Below are positions 54,537 to 64,000 of a stretch of 64,000 nt of DNA, one piece after another. The position numbers and the translations under genes were made by a program. Where the stretch lies: contig OZ244170.1 in the NCBI GenBank assembly GCA_965216565.1, forward strand, positions 2,784,001 to 2,848,000, read 5' to 3'. Position 1 is the first letter of the stretch; each line of letters opens with the position of its first letter. Below the pieces are notes generated by a model. The model did no database searches, was not told the DNA's origin, and worked only from the letters and a program-made list of their open reading frames with translations. This stretch comes from Bythopirellula sp. (GTDB taxonomy: Bacteria; Planctomycetota; Planctomycetia; Pirellulales; Lacipirellulaceae).

Positions 54537-54564
54537 CTAACCACGGAGATATGGAGAAAGCTTA

Positions 54565-54704
54565 GACAGGATGACGGGATTGGCAGGATCGACAGGATGA
54601 AAAGTGAATTAATACAAGAAGAGAACAATTCAATCTAGCGTGACAATCGTCGACCCTCCTGCTTCCCCTCATCCAGTTCATCCTGCAAATCCTGTCATCC
54701 TGTC
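54565..54704. repeat. GACAGGAT-type inverted repeat (MITE-like)
   Basis: gacaggatgacgggattggcaggatcgacaggatga ... tcatccagttcatcctgcaaatcctgtcatcctgtc. Confidence 0.7.
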
Positions 54705-54758
54705 CAAAAACAACTACCTGTCCTCCGTGGTGAACAATCCAAACAGTTCAAACCAATC

Positions 54759-55100
54759 ATGACCCCCGACGAAAGAATGCAGCACGTCGACGCCCTGCTC
54801 ACCCACGTGTGGATGGTGCGCACCTTCATCAAGCACAGCGAAGAGGTGGAAGAAGACGAAGAACTGAGCCAAGTACAACGCAAACTCTACGACTACACGC
54901 ACGCGCTCGGTTCCGCCTGGCTGGCGAAAGATGCTGACAGTTACCTCACGCAAGCCAGAAAAAAACTCCACCGTTTGCGCCAAGCCACCGAGCAATTCAC
55001 AGAACTTCAGCCCGAGGTCTCTACGCACATGAGCTTCCAAATGGCCGTCCGCTCGCTCCGGCTGGCTGTGGAGCAAATCGAGGTGGCACTGGCCGAGTGA
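54759..55100 (+). CDS. Hypothetical helical protein (113 aa)
   Basis: Open frame with typical codon usage; HVWMVRTFIKHSEE and STHMSFQMA motifs; no function recognised. Confidence 0.7.
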   Translation: MTPDERMQHVDALLTHVWMVRTFIKHSEEVEEDEELSQVQRKLYDYTHALGSAWLAKDADSYLTQARKKLHRLRQATEQFTELQPEVSTHMSFQMAVRSLRLAVEQIEVALAE

Positions 55101-55182
55101 GTCAAACCCCGAGCAGCCGAGTCGCCACGCATCTCCAGCCTGTGGACAAGTGTCGTCACTCCGCAAGACAATCGGCAAGCAT

Positions 55183-55639
55183 CCAAGGTTTCACCCCAAC
55201 CTCTCCTAAGATAGAGATCGTTCGGAGTTGGTTCCATAAGCGCAGCGCCGCATGCTCCCTCTCCCCGACCCCAGTGCAAACAACGATCCACCTACCAACG
55301 TAGCCTCTCTCGCATCCGGGGGAGAGGGTTGGGGTGAGGGGCGATCTCAAGAAGACCATCGCCCCAAGGTTTCAAACCCCAACCTCTCCCTAGGTAGAGA
55401 TGGTTTGAAGTTAGTTCGATAAGTGCTCGTCCATCTGACTTCGGGGAAAGCAAATTTTGAGCACTGCGTTGGAAGAGATTCAAAATCCCACGCGAAAGCG
55501 CAGAGCCTTTAGCTCCCTCTCCCCGACCCCAGTGCAAACAACGATCCACCTACCAACGTAGCCTCTCTCGCATCCGGGGGAGAGGGTTGGGGTGAGAGGC
55601 GATTTCAAGAAGACCGTCGCCAAGGTTCCACTCCACCTC
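55183..55639. repeat. Composite tandem repeat / REP cluster
   Basis: ~110-bp near-identical unit at 55254 and 55512 (offset 258) containing a CCCTCTCCCC...GGGGAGAGGG hairpin; second ~60-bp unit at 55183 and 55364. Confidence 0.85.
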
Positions 55640-56078
55640 AGCGAACCCACCAGCGATAGGCGTTCCGCGTCCACCGGTCAGCACTTTGAAACGCCTCCGC
55701 GCATTTCGTCAGACCTGCATAACGCTGTTTTGTCACAGCGTCTTTGCAAGAAACTCCCCAACATTCGGCCCGGAGAAATCAAGCCCCAGTTTTTGTACCA
55801 CCTAGTGGCCTGAGGGCATACAAGATGTGGTAGAAACCAAAAAGTCGTTACACAAATTTAGACAATCTGCCCACTCCTCGCTTGTGTGACCCTAAGCCAC
55901 GTCACACAAGATATGGTTCTCGCACTCATGTCTTGGTGTAATGAAACCCTAGAAAAACAGCACCGCCAATAAAAAAACGCACAAACAGACGATTCTGAGG
56001 CGGTTAATTTGCCAACTTGATTTAGCCTATCACAGAACCAGCCAAATCTCAGTCTCTACTTTTGGTCGTCCGGTCGCA

Positions 56079-56765
56079 TTAAGTTCTGCGGACGGTGCCG
56101 TACCACTCAATCTGTTTTCGAGGGCAAAAGATCCATCCCCGTTGCGCGCAGTAAGGCTTGAGCCAGGCAGACCGACCAGCCAATTCAGATTTCGTAGTGC
56201 CTTGGGGCATTAGCAAGACTTGGTCTTCGTTGACCTCGGAAAACTCCTCGACAAAACGTTCGATCTCTTCCAGTTCCGCCGCCCGATCTACCACAAACTT
56301 AAGCTGATAATCGTAGTTTGCAAAAAGCTGCCTCAGGACGTCGGGCTTCAGCCGCTCGCGCTCGTGACGACGACTCCAGCGCGGATGGGTCGCCGCATCG
56401 GGACCACTGCCGGCGAGTTTGGGGCTGATCGACATCAAGTCGCAAGGCACCGGCAAATAGAGAGTCCCCGCTGTTTCGATCGTGATGTGCCAGCCGCGCT
56501 GTTGGAGTTGCTCGGCGAGAGGAATCAATTCGGCAAACAGCATCGGCTCGCCGCCGGTAAGCACGGCGTGCCTGCAATCCCACTCTTCGATCTGGGCGAC
56601 GATCTCCTCGACCGTGATGTCGTGGCCCTCAGGTTGCCACGACGTGTAAGGCGTATCACAGAACCAACATCGCAAATTGCATCCACTGGTGCGCACGAAC
56701 ACGCTAGGTGTGCCGGTCAGCAAACCTTCGCCTTGCACCGATTTGTAGATTTCCGCGATTTTCAT
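56079..56765 (-). CDS. queE: 7-carboxy-7-deazaguanine synthase (radical SAM)
   Basis: SVQGEG, VFVRTSGCNLRCWFCDT, LTGGEP, IETAGT, SISPK. Confidence 0.95.
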   Translation of the reverse strand: MKIAEIYKSVQGEGLLTGTPSVFVRTSGCNLRCWFCDTPYTSWQPEGHDITVEEIVAQIEEWDCRHAVLTGGEPMLFAELIPLAEQLQQRGWHITIETAGTLYLPVPCDLMSISPKLAGSGPDAATHPRWSRRHERERLKPDVLRQLFANYDYQLKFVVDRAAELEEIERFVEEFSEVNEDQVLLMPQGTTKSELAGRSAWLKPYCAQRGWIFCPRKQIEWYGTVRRT

Positions 56766-56777
56766 TTCATGCGATTT

Positions 56778-57494
56778 TTATGTTGAGTATGGAATCGGAT
56801 CGACCAGATCCGCCTCGGCAAAGCCTTTGAGGCGAAGCACACAGGCATCGCATCGCCCACACGAGATTCCCGCTTCGTTGGGGGAATAGCAAGTATGCGT
56901 CAGCCCGTAATCGACGCCCAGCTCTGTGCCACGCTGGATGATCTCTGCCTTGGTCATATCAATCAGCGGGGTATGGATGCGAAATCGATTTCCCTCCACG
57001 CCCGCTTTGGTCGCCAGGTTGGCCAGGGTCTCGTAGGCTGCCACGAACTCCGGTCGGCAGTCTGGGTACCCACTATAGTCGACCGCGTTGACCCCGATAA
57101 AGATATCGTTCGCACCAAGGACCTCAGCATATCCTAAAGCCACCGACAACATGATTGTATTACGGGCAGGCACATAGGTGACGGGGATTTCGCTCGATAT
57201 TTCCGCGTCGCTACGCCCCTGAGGCACCTCGATTTCGTCCGTCAGGGCACTGCCGCCCAGGGACGAGAGGTCGACGCCGATAAGTTTATGCTCGACGACG
57301 CCTGAAGCCGCAGCCACTTTCTTTGCAGCCTCCAATTCAAATTGGTGCCGCTGGCCATAGTCGACGCTGAGGGCAAACAGGCTATACCCGGCTGCCCGGG
57401 CGATTGCGGCAACCGTTGCCGAGTCGAGTCCTCCAGAGAGCAAGAGCACAGCCCGATCCGCAGAACCGGATGATTTTGTAAGAGCCTTAGCCAC
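56778..57494 (-). CDS. queC: 7-cyano-7-deazaguanine synthase
   Basis: [31 protein letters not shown]...CGRCDAC; likely GTG start at 57494. Confidence 0.95.
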   Translation of the reverse strand: MAKALTKSSGSADRAVLLLSGGLDSATVAAIARAAGYSLFALSVDYGQRHQFELEAAKKVAAASGVVEHKLIGVDLSSLGGSALTDEIEVPQGRSDAEISSEIPVTYVPARNTIMLSVALGYAEVLGANDIFIGVNAVDYSGYPDCRPEFVAAYETLANLATKAGVEGNRFRIHTPLIDMTKAEIIQRGTELGVDYGLTHTCYSPNEAGISCGRCDACVLRLKGFAEADLVDPIPYST

Positions 57495-57614
57495 AATCAA
57501 GTTAACCTTCTTCGAGCCACCTATTCGAGGGAACATCATTTCGCCTGCAGCCACTATCCGCACAGGCCATATCATGCCAAAATCACACTTTTGCCGAAAG
57601 GAGAGGCCACCGAG

Positions 57615-57974
57615 ATGAGCGACTTTGTGACGTTGCTGGAAACCTTCGATAATCAATTCCCCAACCGGGATTATGAGATAGAAATTGTGTGCCCTGAGTT
57701 CACCTCAGTCTGCCCCAAGACGGGTCAGCCGGATCACGGCTCGATCACAATTACCTATATTCCCGACGAGAAATGCGTGGAATTAAAGAGTCTGAAATTC
57801 TACATGCAGAGCTATCGCAATGAGGGCATCTTCTACGAACACGTGACAAATACGATTTTCGACGACCTGGTCGCCATCCTTTCCCCGCGCTACATGCAGG
57901 TCCATGCCGCATTCAACGCGCGTGGCGGCATTACCGAAGACGTAACCGTCGAACTCGATATGTCGAGTGAGTAA
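57615..57974 (+). CDS. queF: NADPH-dependent preQ0 reductase (short unimodular type)
   Basis: [37 protein letters not shown]. Confidence 0.95.
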   Translation: MSDFVTLLETFDNQFPNRDYEIEIVCPEFTSVCPKTGQPDHGSITITYIPDEKCVELKSLKFYMQSYRNEGIFYEHVTNTIFDDLVAILSPRYMQVHAAFNARGGITEDVTVELDMSSE

Positions 57975-58060
57975 GGCCCCGAAAAACTCGGATCGCGACG
58001 AACAACTTACAGACGCAAGAACAATAAACAGCAAGCTGCTTTAGGAGATCATAACAACCC

Positions 58061-59074
58061 ATGGCCCAGCCACCTCGTGTAATCATCTCTGGATTTGCCG
58101 ACGAAGCCGCCATTCACAAGACGGCAATCGAGCAGTTTTCCGCTTTCGCGGCCCTAGGTCTGCAGTATTACAGCATTCGCTTTATTGACGTTGGAAATGG
58201 CATCAAGAATGTCATGAAACTCACCAAGGGCGAGATCACAAAGATCAGGCACCTAGAAGATGAGTTTGGAATGAACGTCAGTTCCATCGGTTCTCCCATC
58301 GGCAAAGTAAAGCTTCGCAAGGAGAAGGATGGCACCAACAACCGCTACGTCCCTTTTAAGAAATACCTAAATTCAGAAGTCAAGCGCGCGTGCGAACTAG
58401 CACACGCTTTCGAGACAAAGCTAATCCGCGGCTTCTCATTTTATCACCCCAAGGGCAGCGATCCCTGGGAGCATCTCCCCCAGGCAGTAGACCAACTGGG
58501 CGAGATTGCCGAGGCCTGCCACCGTAGTGATTTGACCTTCGGGCTAGAGGTGGAAGCCAACCTTATCGGTCAATCGGGGCAACTCTTGGCGGAGCTGCAC
58601 CGACGCGTAAATCATCCGGCCCTGGTGACCATCTTCGATGGCGGAAATATCATCAGCCAGGGGTACAACACGCAGCAATGCTTCGAGCAATACCAGAAGA
58701 TGAAGCCCAGCATCGGTTGGATTCACATCAAGGATTATCACGACGACTCCCTGAAGGGAGCTTCGAACCACGTGGATGAAGAGAAACTTAAGCACTTCGT
58801 CCCTGGCGATGTTGGAGACTCCGGCCATCTGCAGATTTTTCAGGACTTTGCTAGTGATTTGCCCAAGCTTGAACGCCGCCTCAAGCGGCGTGGCGTGCCA
58901 GGGGTATTTCTTGACCTAGAGCCCCACCTCAAGGGAGGCGGCCAGTTCGGCGGGTTCAGCGGTCCTGATGGAATGGGCGTGGCGCTCGCCGGACTTCGCA
59001 GAATCTTGGACTATGTGGGCATCGAGTACGATTTGCGTGATTTTGAAGACGTACTTGCTGACCGCGGCTTTTAG
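58061..59074 (+). CDS. Sugar phosphate isomerase/epimerase (AP endonuclease 2 TIM barrel) family
   Basis: SGFADE, IGSPIGK, IRGFSFY, FDGGN, IHIKD, LEPHL. Confidence 0.82.
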   Translation: MAQPPRVIISGFADEAAIHKTAIEQFSAFAALGLQYYSIRFIDVGNGIKNVMKLTKGEITKIRHLEDEFGMNVSSIGSPIGKVKLRKEKDGTNNRYVPFKKYLNSEVKRACELAHAFETKLIRGFSFYHPKGSDPWEHLPQAVDQLGEIAEACHRSDLTFGLEVEANLIGQSGQLLAELHRRVNHPALVTIFDGGNIISQGYNTQQCFEQYQKMKPSIGWIHIKDYHDDSLKGASNHVDEEKLKHFVPGDVGDSGHLQIFQDFASDLPKLERRLKRRGVPGVFLDLEPHLKGGGQFGGFSGPDGMGVALAGLRRILDYVGIEYDLRDFEDVLADRGF

Positions 59075-59107
59075 GTTTTGCTCTCTGGTGCAAATTTCTC
59101 AGCAACA

Positions 59108-59995
59108 CTAGGTTGTTAGTGTCGCTGCGGGGCTACCGGCTTGGCGGAGAGTTTCGGCAAACCCTTGCAGGTGCTGCATCGAGTCGCAGTAGGCTGCAAA
59201 TTGCATCTGTTGGCGGACTTCTTCGGTAAGAGCTTTCCCACCCACCACGAAAGCAACATCGTCCGAGAACTCATCGTAGAGTGATTTGTATCCCGCTAAG
59301 AAATCTTCCTTAGAGTGCATATGGGAACTGCTCAACCAAAAGAGTCGAGGACGCTTCTCGCGGATGGCCGCAGCCAGGGTGTTGAATGGCAAATTCTCGC
59401 CCAGCGACACGGCATTCCAACCCGAGTCGCAAAGCACCAGTTCTGCCATGTGTGTGCCCAGGGCGTACTGATCTCCCGAAGCAGCGCCTCCTAGGGCTAA
59501 TGGGGCCGTTGGGGCAAGCGGAGGCAAGAGAGACCGCATTTCGTGAATGATTCGTAGCAGAACCTCGCACCCTCTCCTCTCTTGGTAGACTTCCGCTTCG
59601 CCGCATGACCAGCGATCGCCGATTTCATTGACTGCCTCGGCGAAGATATCATCGCAGATAACACTGATCGACTGACCCGCCAAATATAGATCCAGAGCAA
59701 TCTGCCAACAAACTGCCTGATCGCCTGCCAACAGAGCCTCACCAAACTGTTCTCGCGCGCGATGAACAACTCGTTCTGTCTGACCGCTCGTCGGTGGCAG
59801 ACCTAAAGCTTCGGGGGCAATCAGTTCGTGCTTGCTTTCGCGCAGGAAATCGACCAACGATGCCATCGCGATGCGACGATGTCCCCCGGCGGTGTACTGA
59901 GTCGAGATAACCCCTTTGTCGCACCATCGCTTGATGGAGGATTCGCTTACGTCGATGGCTCGGGAAACTTGCTTGGGCGTGTAAATGCTCTTCAT
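59108..59995 (-). CDS. MerR/excisionase-type HTH plus B12-binding-like domains (CarH/LitR-like regulator)
   Basis: TPKQVSRAIDVSESSIKRWCDKG...TAGGHRR; IGDRWSCGEAEVYQE; GDQYALG...GWNAVSLG...VGG. Confidence 0.8.
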   Translation of the reverse strand: MKSIYTPKQVSRAIDVSESSIKRWCDKGVISTQYTAGGHRRIAMASLVDFLRESKHELIAPEALGLPPTSGQTERVVHRAREQFGEALLAGDQAVCWQIALDLYLAGQSISVICDDIFAEAVNEIGDRWSCGEAEVYQERRGCEVLLRIIHEMRSLLPPLAPTAPLALGGAASGDQYALGTHMAELVLCDSGWNAVSLGENLPFNTLAAAIREKRPRLFWLSSSHMHSKEDFLAGYKSLYDEFSDDVAFVVGGKALTEEVRQQMQFAAYCDSMQHLQGFAETLRQAGSPAATLTT

Positions 59996-60007
59996 ACCAA
60001 TTCCACA

Positions 60008-60221
60008 TTGAACGTTTTGATTGTTTTAAAGATTCGATAGACGTTCGATCAGTTACTTAAGACTCTAGTGGCATTCTGCTTTTAGAGAAGTGCTCAAACC
60101 TAAATCACTATCCTATTTGGACTTGGAACAATCTGCAAAATTCTGAATGTTTTGAACGAATTTAGTCTTGCCTCGGGCCGATATACGGGAATAATGGGGC
60201 AAGAACGATTTGAACGAATTT
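60008..60221. promoter_or_regulatory. Three clusters of 9-bp tandem TTGAACG(A/T)(A/T)-like repeats in the divergent promoter
   Basis: Clusters at 60008-60034, 60124-60163 and 60201-60221; TTTGAACGAATTT occurs exactly at 60151 and 60209. Confidence 0.55.
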
Positions 60222-60235
60222 TAACCGAGGTTCCC

Positions 60236-61201
60236 ATGCAAGCTACCATCACGAAAAGCTCACCGAAGAGTTCGAATTCCCCGAACTATTCAAGACATGG
60301 CGAGTCAGATTGCTCAGCCCGTCAACGAGCGGAAGAATTGTTGAGCAACGAAATCAGCTACATTCCAAGCAAAGAATTTAAAAAGCCAGGAATGACAACT
60401 GAAAGCCTCGACTATGAATCGATCGTTGAGGATGGATACAACGCCTCGGCACCCTCGGAATTGCCTGCTCACCTACGCAGAATGTGCGACACCTCTTTGT
60501 TAACTCACGAGCAGGAGCAGGTCCTTTTTAAAGAAATGAATTACCTGAAGTTCCGAGCCAATGTGCTCCGTTCACGGCTAGACCCCGACCAAGTCGATCA
60601 CTCCACTATCAGAGCGATCGATCGATTACTGGCTCAGGCACAATTGATTCAGGAGCATTTGATTAAGGCCAATATGCGGTTGGTGATGTCGATCGTTAAA
60701 AAGTATGTCACTCGTCAGCATTCTTTCGACGATCTACTCAGCGAAGGCACATTTACCTTGATGCAAGCTGTGGAAAAATTTGACTATTCCCGCGGGTTTA
60801 GGTTCAGTACCTATGCGTACCGATCAATCGTTCGTGGTATCTACCGACTGATTTCCCTATCTAACAAAGAAGAAGAGAAGGTAACCTTCGTGGCCGAAGA
60901 CTGGCCATTTGAGTCAGAAGCTGGGAGCTCACAATCCTCTATGGCCGACGATGTTTGGAGCCATCTAAGCACTTTGACCTCCGAAATGGTTCAAAAGCTC
61001 GATCGGCGCGAACGACTAATTATCCGAAGTCGTTACGCTTTGGGATCGCATCGCAAAGTAACGACCTTCCAGGCACTTGCTGACAAATTGGGAGTTTCCA
61101 AGGAACGGGTTCGCCAACTTGAACAGCGTGCTGTAAGTAAACTTCGCTCGATGGCGTCCAAATTCGAACAGGACGAATTGTTCGGCGCTGCAATGGTCTA
61201 G
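60236..61201 (+). CDS. Alternative sigma-70 family RNA polymerase sigma factor
   Basis: LIKANMRLVMSI, AVEKFDYSRGFRFSTYA (region 2), LGVSKERVRQLE (region 4); no region 1.1; GAGG before ATG 60236. Confidence 0.92.
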   Translation: MQATITKSSPKSSNSPNYSRHGESDCSARQRAEELLSNEISYIPSKEFKKPGMTTESLDYESIVEDGYNASAPSELPAHLRRMCDTSLLTHEQEQVLFKEMNYLKFRANVLRSRLDPDQVDHSTIRAIDRLLAQAQLIQEHLIKANMRLVMSIVKKYVTRQHSFDDLLSEGTFTLMQAVEKFDYSRGFRFSTYAYRSIVRGIYRLISLSNKEEEKVTFVAEDWPFESEAGSSQSSMADDVWSHLSTLTSEMVQKLDRRERLIIRSRYALGSHRKVTTFQALADKLGVSKERVRQLEQRAVSKLRSMASKFEQDELFGAAMV

Positions 61202-61643
61202 CATTGGCGTCACTCAACTACAGTGGCTGGCTTCGTGAAAACTCCCCTCCCCAAAGCCGTTTTCTTGCATCCCCAGCAAACAAGAAACGGTTATTCGAGG
61301 CCAGCCACTCCTATCTCTCCCATGCCCCCGTCAAATTTTCAACTGGATTCAGACTGCCGCACTGTCTGTTGCACCATTGTTGGCCCAAGTAACCTGGAAT
61401 AGTGCCGCTTTTTGACTCAGATTCGGGAGTTTTCGGGCTTCGTCTAATCCGTGGAGTTCCTGAGTAGATTCCACAGATTTGTGGTTCGATACGTACTCTT
61501 GGGTTAGAATGGAAGTCAATTAGAGGCTTTCAAATCTTAATTTCTATGGCATGTTCGGCAGTGCGCAGAGAGTCTGAGCCGTCGCCCTGCATCCATGCTC
61601 TCTTTTCATACGCTTTCTCTTCGCATTGTTTCCGGAGCACGAG

Positions 61644-64000
61644 ATGCGGCTATCAACTTGGACACGGAACTTCTCTAGGCAGATTACGAAAACCAGCTTG
61701 CGCTTCGAGTGCCTGGAAGATCGCTATCTCTTGAGCGCGGTGCGGTTGGTTAGTTGGAATGCGCTAAACGGTCCCAACGACGGCAGTTCCGACGCAAACT
61801 TTTCTACGATCCTGTCAGCCATCGGCAACGAGACCGTTCAGGGGAACACCCGACCCGTCGACATCTTAGCGCTCCAGGAAACCGATGTTCCAGGTGCAGG
61901 AGATGATTCCATCGGCCGCATCGAGAGTATTCTGGATACTCTCTATCCTGGAACTGACTATGCTTCGGCCGTCTCGACGGTCGATGGCGGCGGAGACCAC
62001 ACTGGCTTTGTCTACGATACTTCCACCGTATCGTTGATGGAAACGGTAGAGATCGATCCAGGGGTTCACAACATTCTCCGCGGGTTGTTTCGGCCAACCG
62101 GTACGGCTGGCGAAAGCGATTTCTACGTTTACACAGTCCACTTGGTTTCAAGTGGCGGAGCTGCGGCGCGGGCGGTGGAAGCCCAGATTCTTCGCAACGA
62201 TGCCGACGCCCTGGGTGAAGGGGCGAATATCCTGATGGTGGGCGACTTCAATATGGAGGGGAGCTCCGAAGGGGCCTGGACGAACTTGCTAGCCGCTGGG
62301 GCGGGGCAACTGCAAGATGTAGGCGATGCTCCTGGAGAGTGGAGCGAGGATGCGTCGTTCCGTAGCGTGCACACGCAAGACCCCATGGGCAACATGGACG
62401 ATCGCTTCGATATCCACTTTGCCTCTGGTGAGTTCTATGACGGCGTGGGGATCGATTACATCGACGGATCGTATCATGTGTTTGGAAACAATGGCACGCA
62501 CACGCTAGGTGGATCGATTACCACGGGCAGCGGTGCCAGTCCGGCGGTGCTCTCTGCACTAGCGGCGGCGAGCGACCATTTGCCCGTTGTCGCTGATTAC
62601 GACGTGATTACCTCGACGCCGAACGTCCGCATCCGAGAAACGGGCGACTCGACGAAAGTGATCGAAGGCGGTGACTTCGACATCTATACAGTCGTGCTCG
62701 ATACCGTGCCGAGCGCGAATGTCACCGTCACCATTAGCCCCGACTTGCAACTCGATACCGGTGGTGGGGCGGGCATCTCTACACAACTAGTCTTCACGCC
62801 CGGCAATGCCCTGACGCCCCAGACGGTGATTGTCTCTGCAGCCAACGACGCCGCTAACGAAATGGATCACACGGGGTTCATCACTCACTCGTCGTCCAGT
62901 TCCGATTTGGATTACGATGCCCTGGCGATTGACTCGGTGACTGCCGATATCGTGGACGACGACGATCCCAAGATTTTGATCAATGAGATCGATTCCGACA
63001 CGGCCGGTGTCGATATGCTTGAGTTTGTCGAACTCTACGACGGCGGCGTTGGGAACAGTTCCCTCGATGGCAAAACGCTGGTCTTCTTCGACGGTTCCGA
63101 CGACGAGGCCTCCCGAGTGATCAGCCTCACTGGCTTCTCGACCGATGCCAATGGATTTTTTGTTGCCGGGAATTCAGGGGTGGCTTCCGCCGATGTGACC
63201 TTTCCCAATGGTGGCCTGGGCAATGGGGCCGATGCGGTGGCACTGTATGACGGCAGCTTTTCGGTGAACGATCCGGTGACGACCACCAACCTGCTCGATG
63301 CCATAGTGTACGACACCGACGATGCGGATGACGCGGGGCTATTGGTCCTGCTCGAAGCCTCGCAGCCACAGGTAAACGAAAATGAGAACGGCGACTCCGA
63401 CATCGAATCGCTATCGCGGGTGCCCGATCTTGGCAATGCACGCGAAACTGATACTTATGTCGCGCAGACGCCGACTCCAGATGCTCTGAATTCTCCACCG
63501 CCCGCTGGAGTAACAATCTTCCAAAGTGCATCGCGTGTGGATGTCTCCGAGGACGGTCAGACGGATAGCTATCAAATCGCGCTCGACACGTTCCCTACAA
63601 ACGACGTCATGATCACCGTGGACCCTGACGATCAAACCGATCTCGGGGCGGGTGCGGGAGTGGCGATTGTTCTCACATTCACCTCAGCCAATGGGATTGT
63701 CCCGCAAACGGTCAACGTGACCGCGGTCGATGACATGGATGCCGAGGGAGATCACACTTCGATCATCACTCATACTGCTTCGAGCATCGACAGCAACTAC
63801 AACAGCATTGTGATTGGCAACATCGTGGCGAATGTTGTGGACAATGAAGTGATTATCCCTGCTGAGCTTGTGATCAGCGAGATCATGTACAACCCTGATA
63901 CTGCTGAGACCGGCGATTCGCCCGAGTGGATAGAGGTCGCGAATATCGGCGGTTCTACGGCTGATTTGGCGGGATGGTTTTTCGACGACGAAGATGGAGG
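61644..64000 (+). CDS. Large exported EEP (exonuclease/endonuclease/phosphatase) protein with Calx-beta-like and lamin-tail domains, truncated by the window end
   Basis: Hand translation MRLSTW...LRFECLEDRYLLS (LEPRxLL-like), VSWN, LALQE, VHL, GDFN, SDHLPV; later ILINEID and LVISEIMYNP; no stop seen before 64000. Confidence 0.85.
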   Translation, partial: MRLSTWTRNFSRQITKTSLRFECLEDRYLLSAVRLVSWNALNGPNDGSSDANFSTILSAIGNETVQGNTRPVDILALQETDVPGAGDDSIGRIESILDTLYPGTDYASAVSTVDGGGDHTGFVYDTSTVSLMETVEIDPGVHNILRGLFRPTGTAGESDFYVYTVHLVSSGGAAARAVEAQILRNDADALGEGANILMVGDFNMEGSSEGAWTNLLAAGAGQLQDVGDAPGEWSEDASFRSVHTQDPMGNMDDRFDIHFASGEFYDGVGIDYIDGSYHVFGNNGTHTLGGSITTGSGASPAVLSALAAASDHLPVVADYDVITSTPNVRIRETGDSTKVIEGGDFDIYTVVLDTVPSANVTVTISPDLQLDTGGGAGISTQLVFTPGNALTPQTVIVSAANDAANEMDHTGFITHSSSSSDLDYDALAIDSVTADIVDDDDPKILINEIDSDTAGVDMLEFVELYDGGVGNSSLDGKTLVFFDGSDDEASRVISLTGFSTDANGFFVAGNSGVASADVTFPNGGLGNGADAVALYDGSFSVNDPVTTTNLLDAIVYDTDDADDAGLLVLLEASQPQVNENENGDSDIESLSRVPDLGNARETDTYVAQTPTPDALNSPPPAGVTIFQSASRVDVSEDGQTDSYQIALDTFPTNDVMITVDPDDQTDLGAGAGVAIVLTFTSANGIVPQTVNVTAVDDMDAEGDHTSIITHTASSIDSNYNSIVIGNIVANVVDNEVIIPAELVISEIMYNPDTAETGDSPEWIEVANIGGSTADLAGWFFDDEDG

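Noticed and set aside
55183..55639. CRISPR array
   Set aside because: Only two long units, no constant repeat-spacer period, and no cas genes
55100..56079. Replication origin in the ~1 kb non-coding gap
   Set aside because: Only one near-match DnaA box (TGTGGACAA at 55141) and no clear AT-rich unwinding element
56079..57974. 7-deazaguanine DNA-modification (dpd) island or preQ1 riboswitch
   Set aside because: No dpdA/TGT-like or restriction genes nearby; queF points to tRNA queuosine synthesis; no preQ1 aptamer recognised in the short divergent spacer

Overview
GC-rich bacterial chromosomal window, most likely a planctomycete (Pirellulales, possibly Lacipirellulaceae). This is inferred from a ~1230-aa SecA, an LEPRxLL-type N-terminal motif, and PEP-CTERM proteins, one with a dockerin-like GDFxxxGxVDGxDFLxWQ module. 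Housekeeping genes are ispH, waaA, secA, purD and queE/queC/queF. The dominant feature is a ~21 kb minus-strand respiratory gene run (44144->22972). It encodes a Rieske protein, a split b6-like cytochrome b, an octaheme PDZ cytochrome, two cupredoxin-like paralogs, a diheme cytochrome c, an A2-type heme-copper oxidase with ctaA/ctaB, an ABC-2 transporter, SCO and DUF420. A perfect Rex/CRP-like palindrome lies upstream of the run. Accessory or unusual items: a pair of signal-peptide-bearing Cys-rich (metallothionein-like) genes; a CarH-like regulator lacking both cobalamin His ligands, divergent from an alternative sigma factor across 9-bp tandem repeats; a PEP-CTERM protein with a peptidoglycan-binding domain and MepA-like motifs; a 1 kb islet bounded by a 50-bp direct repeat; a ParE/RelE toxin pseudogene with two in-frame stops; a degenerate HD-GYP protein; and many intergenic palindromic or heptamer repeats. 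No rRNA, tRNA, CRISPR array or transposase was seen. All calls come from reading the sequence; no searches were run.
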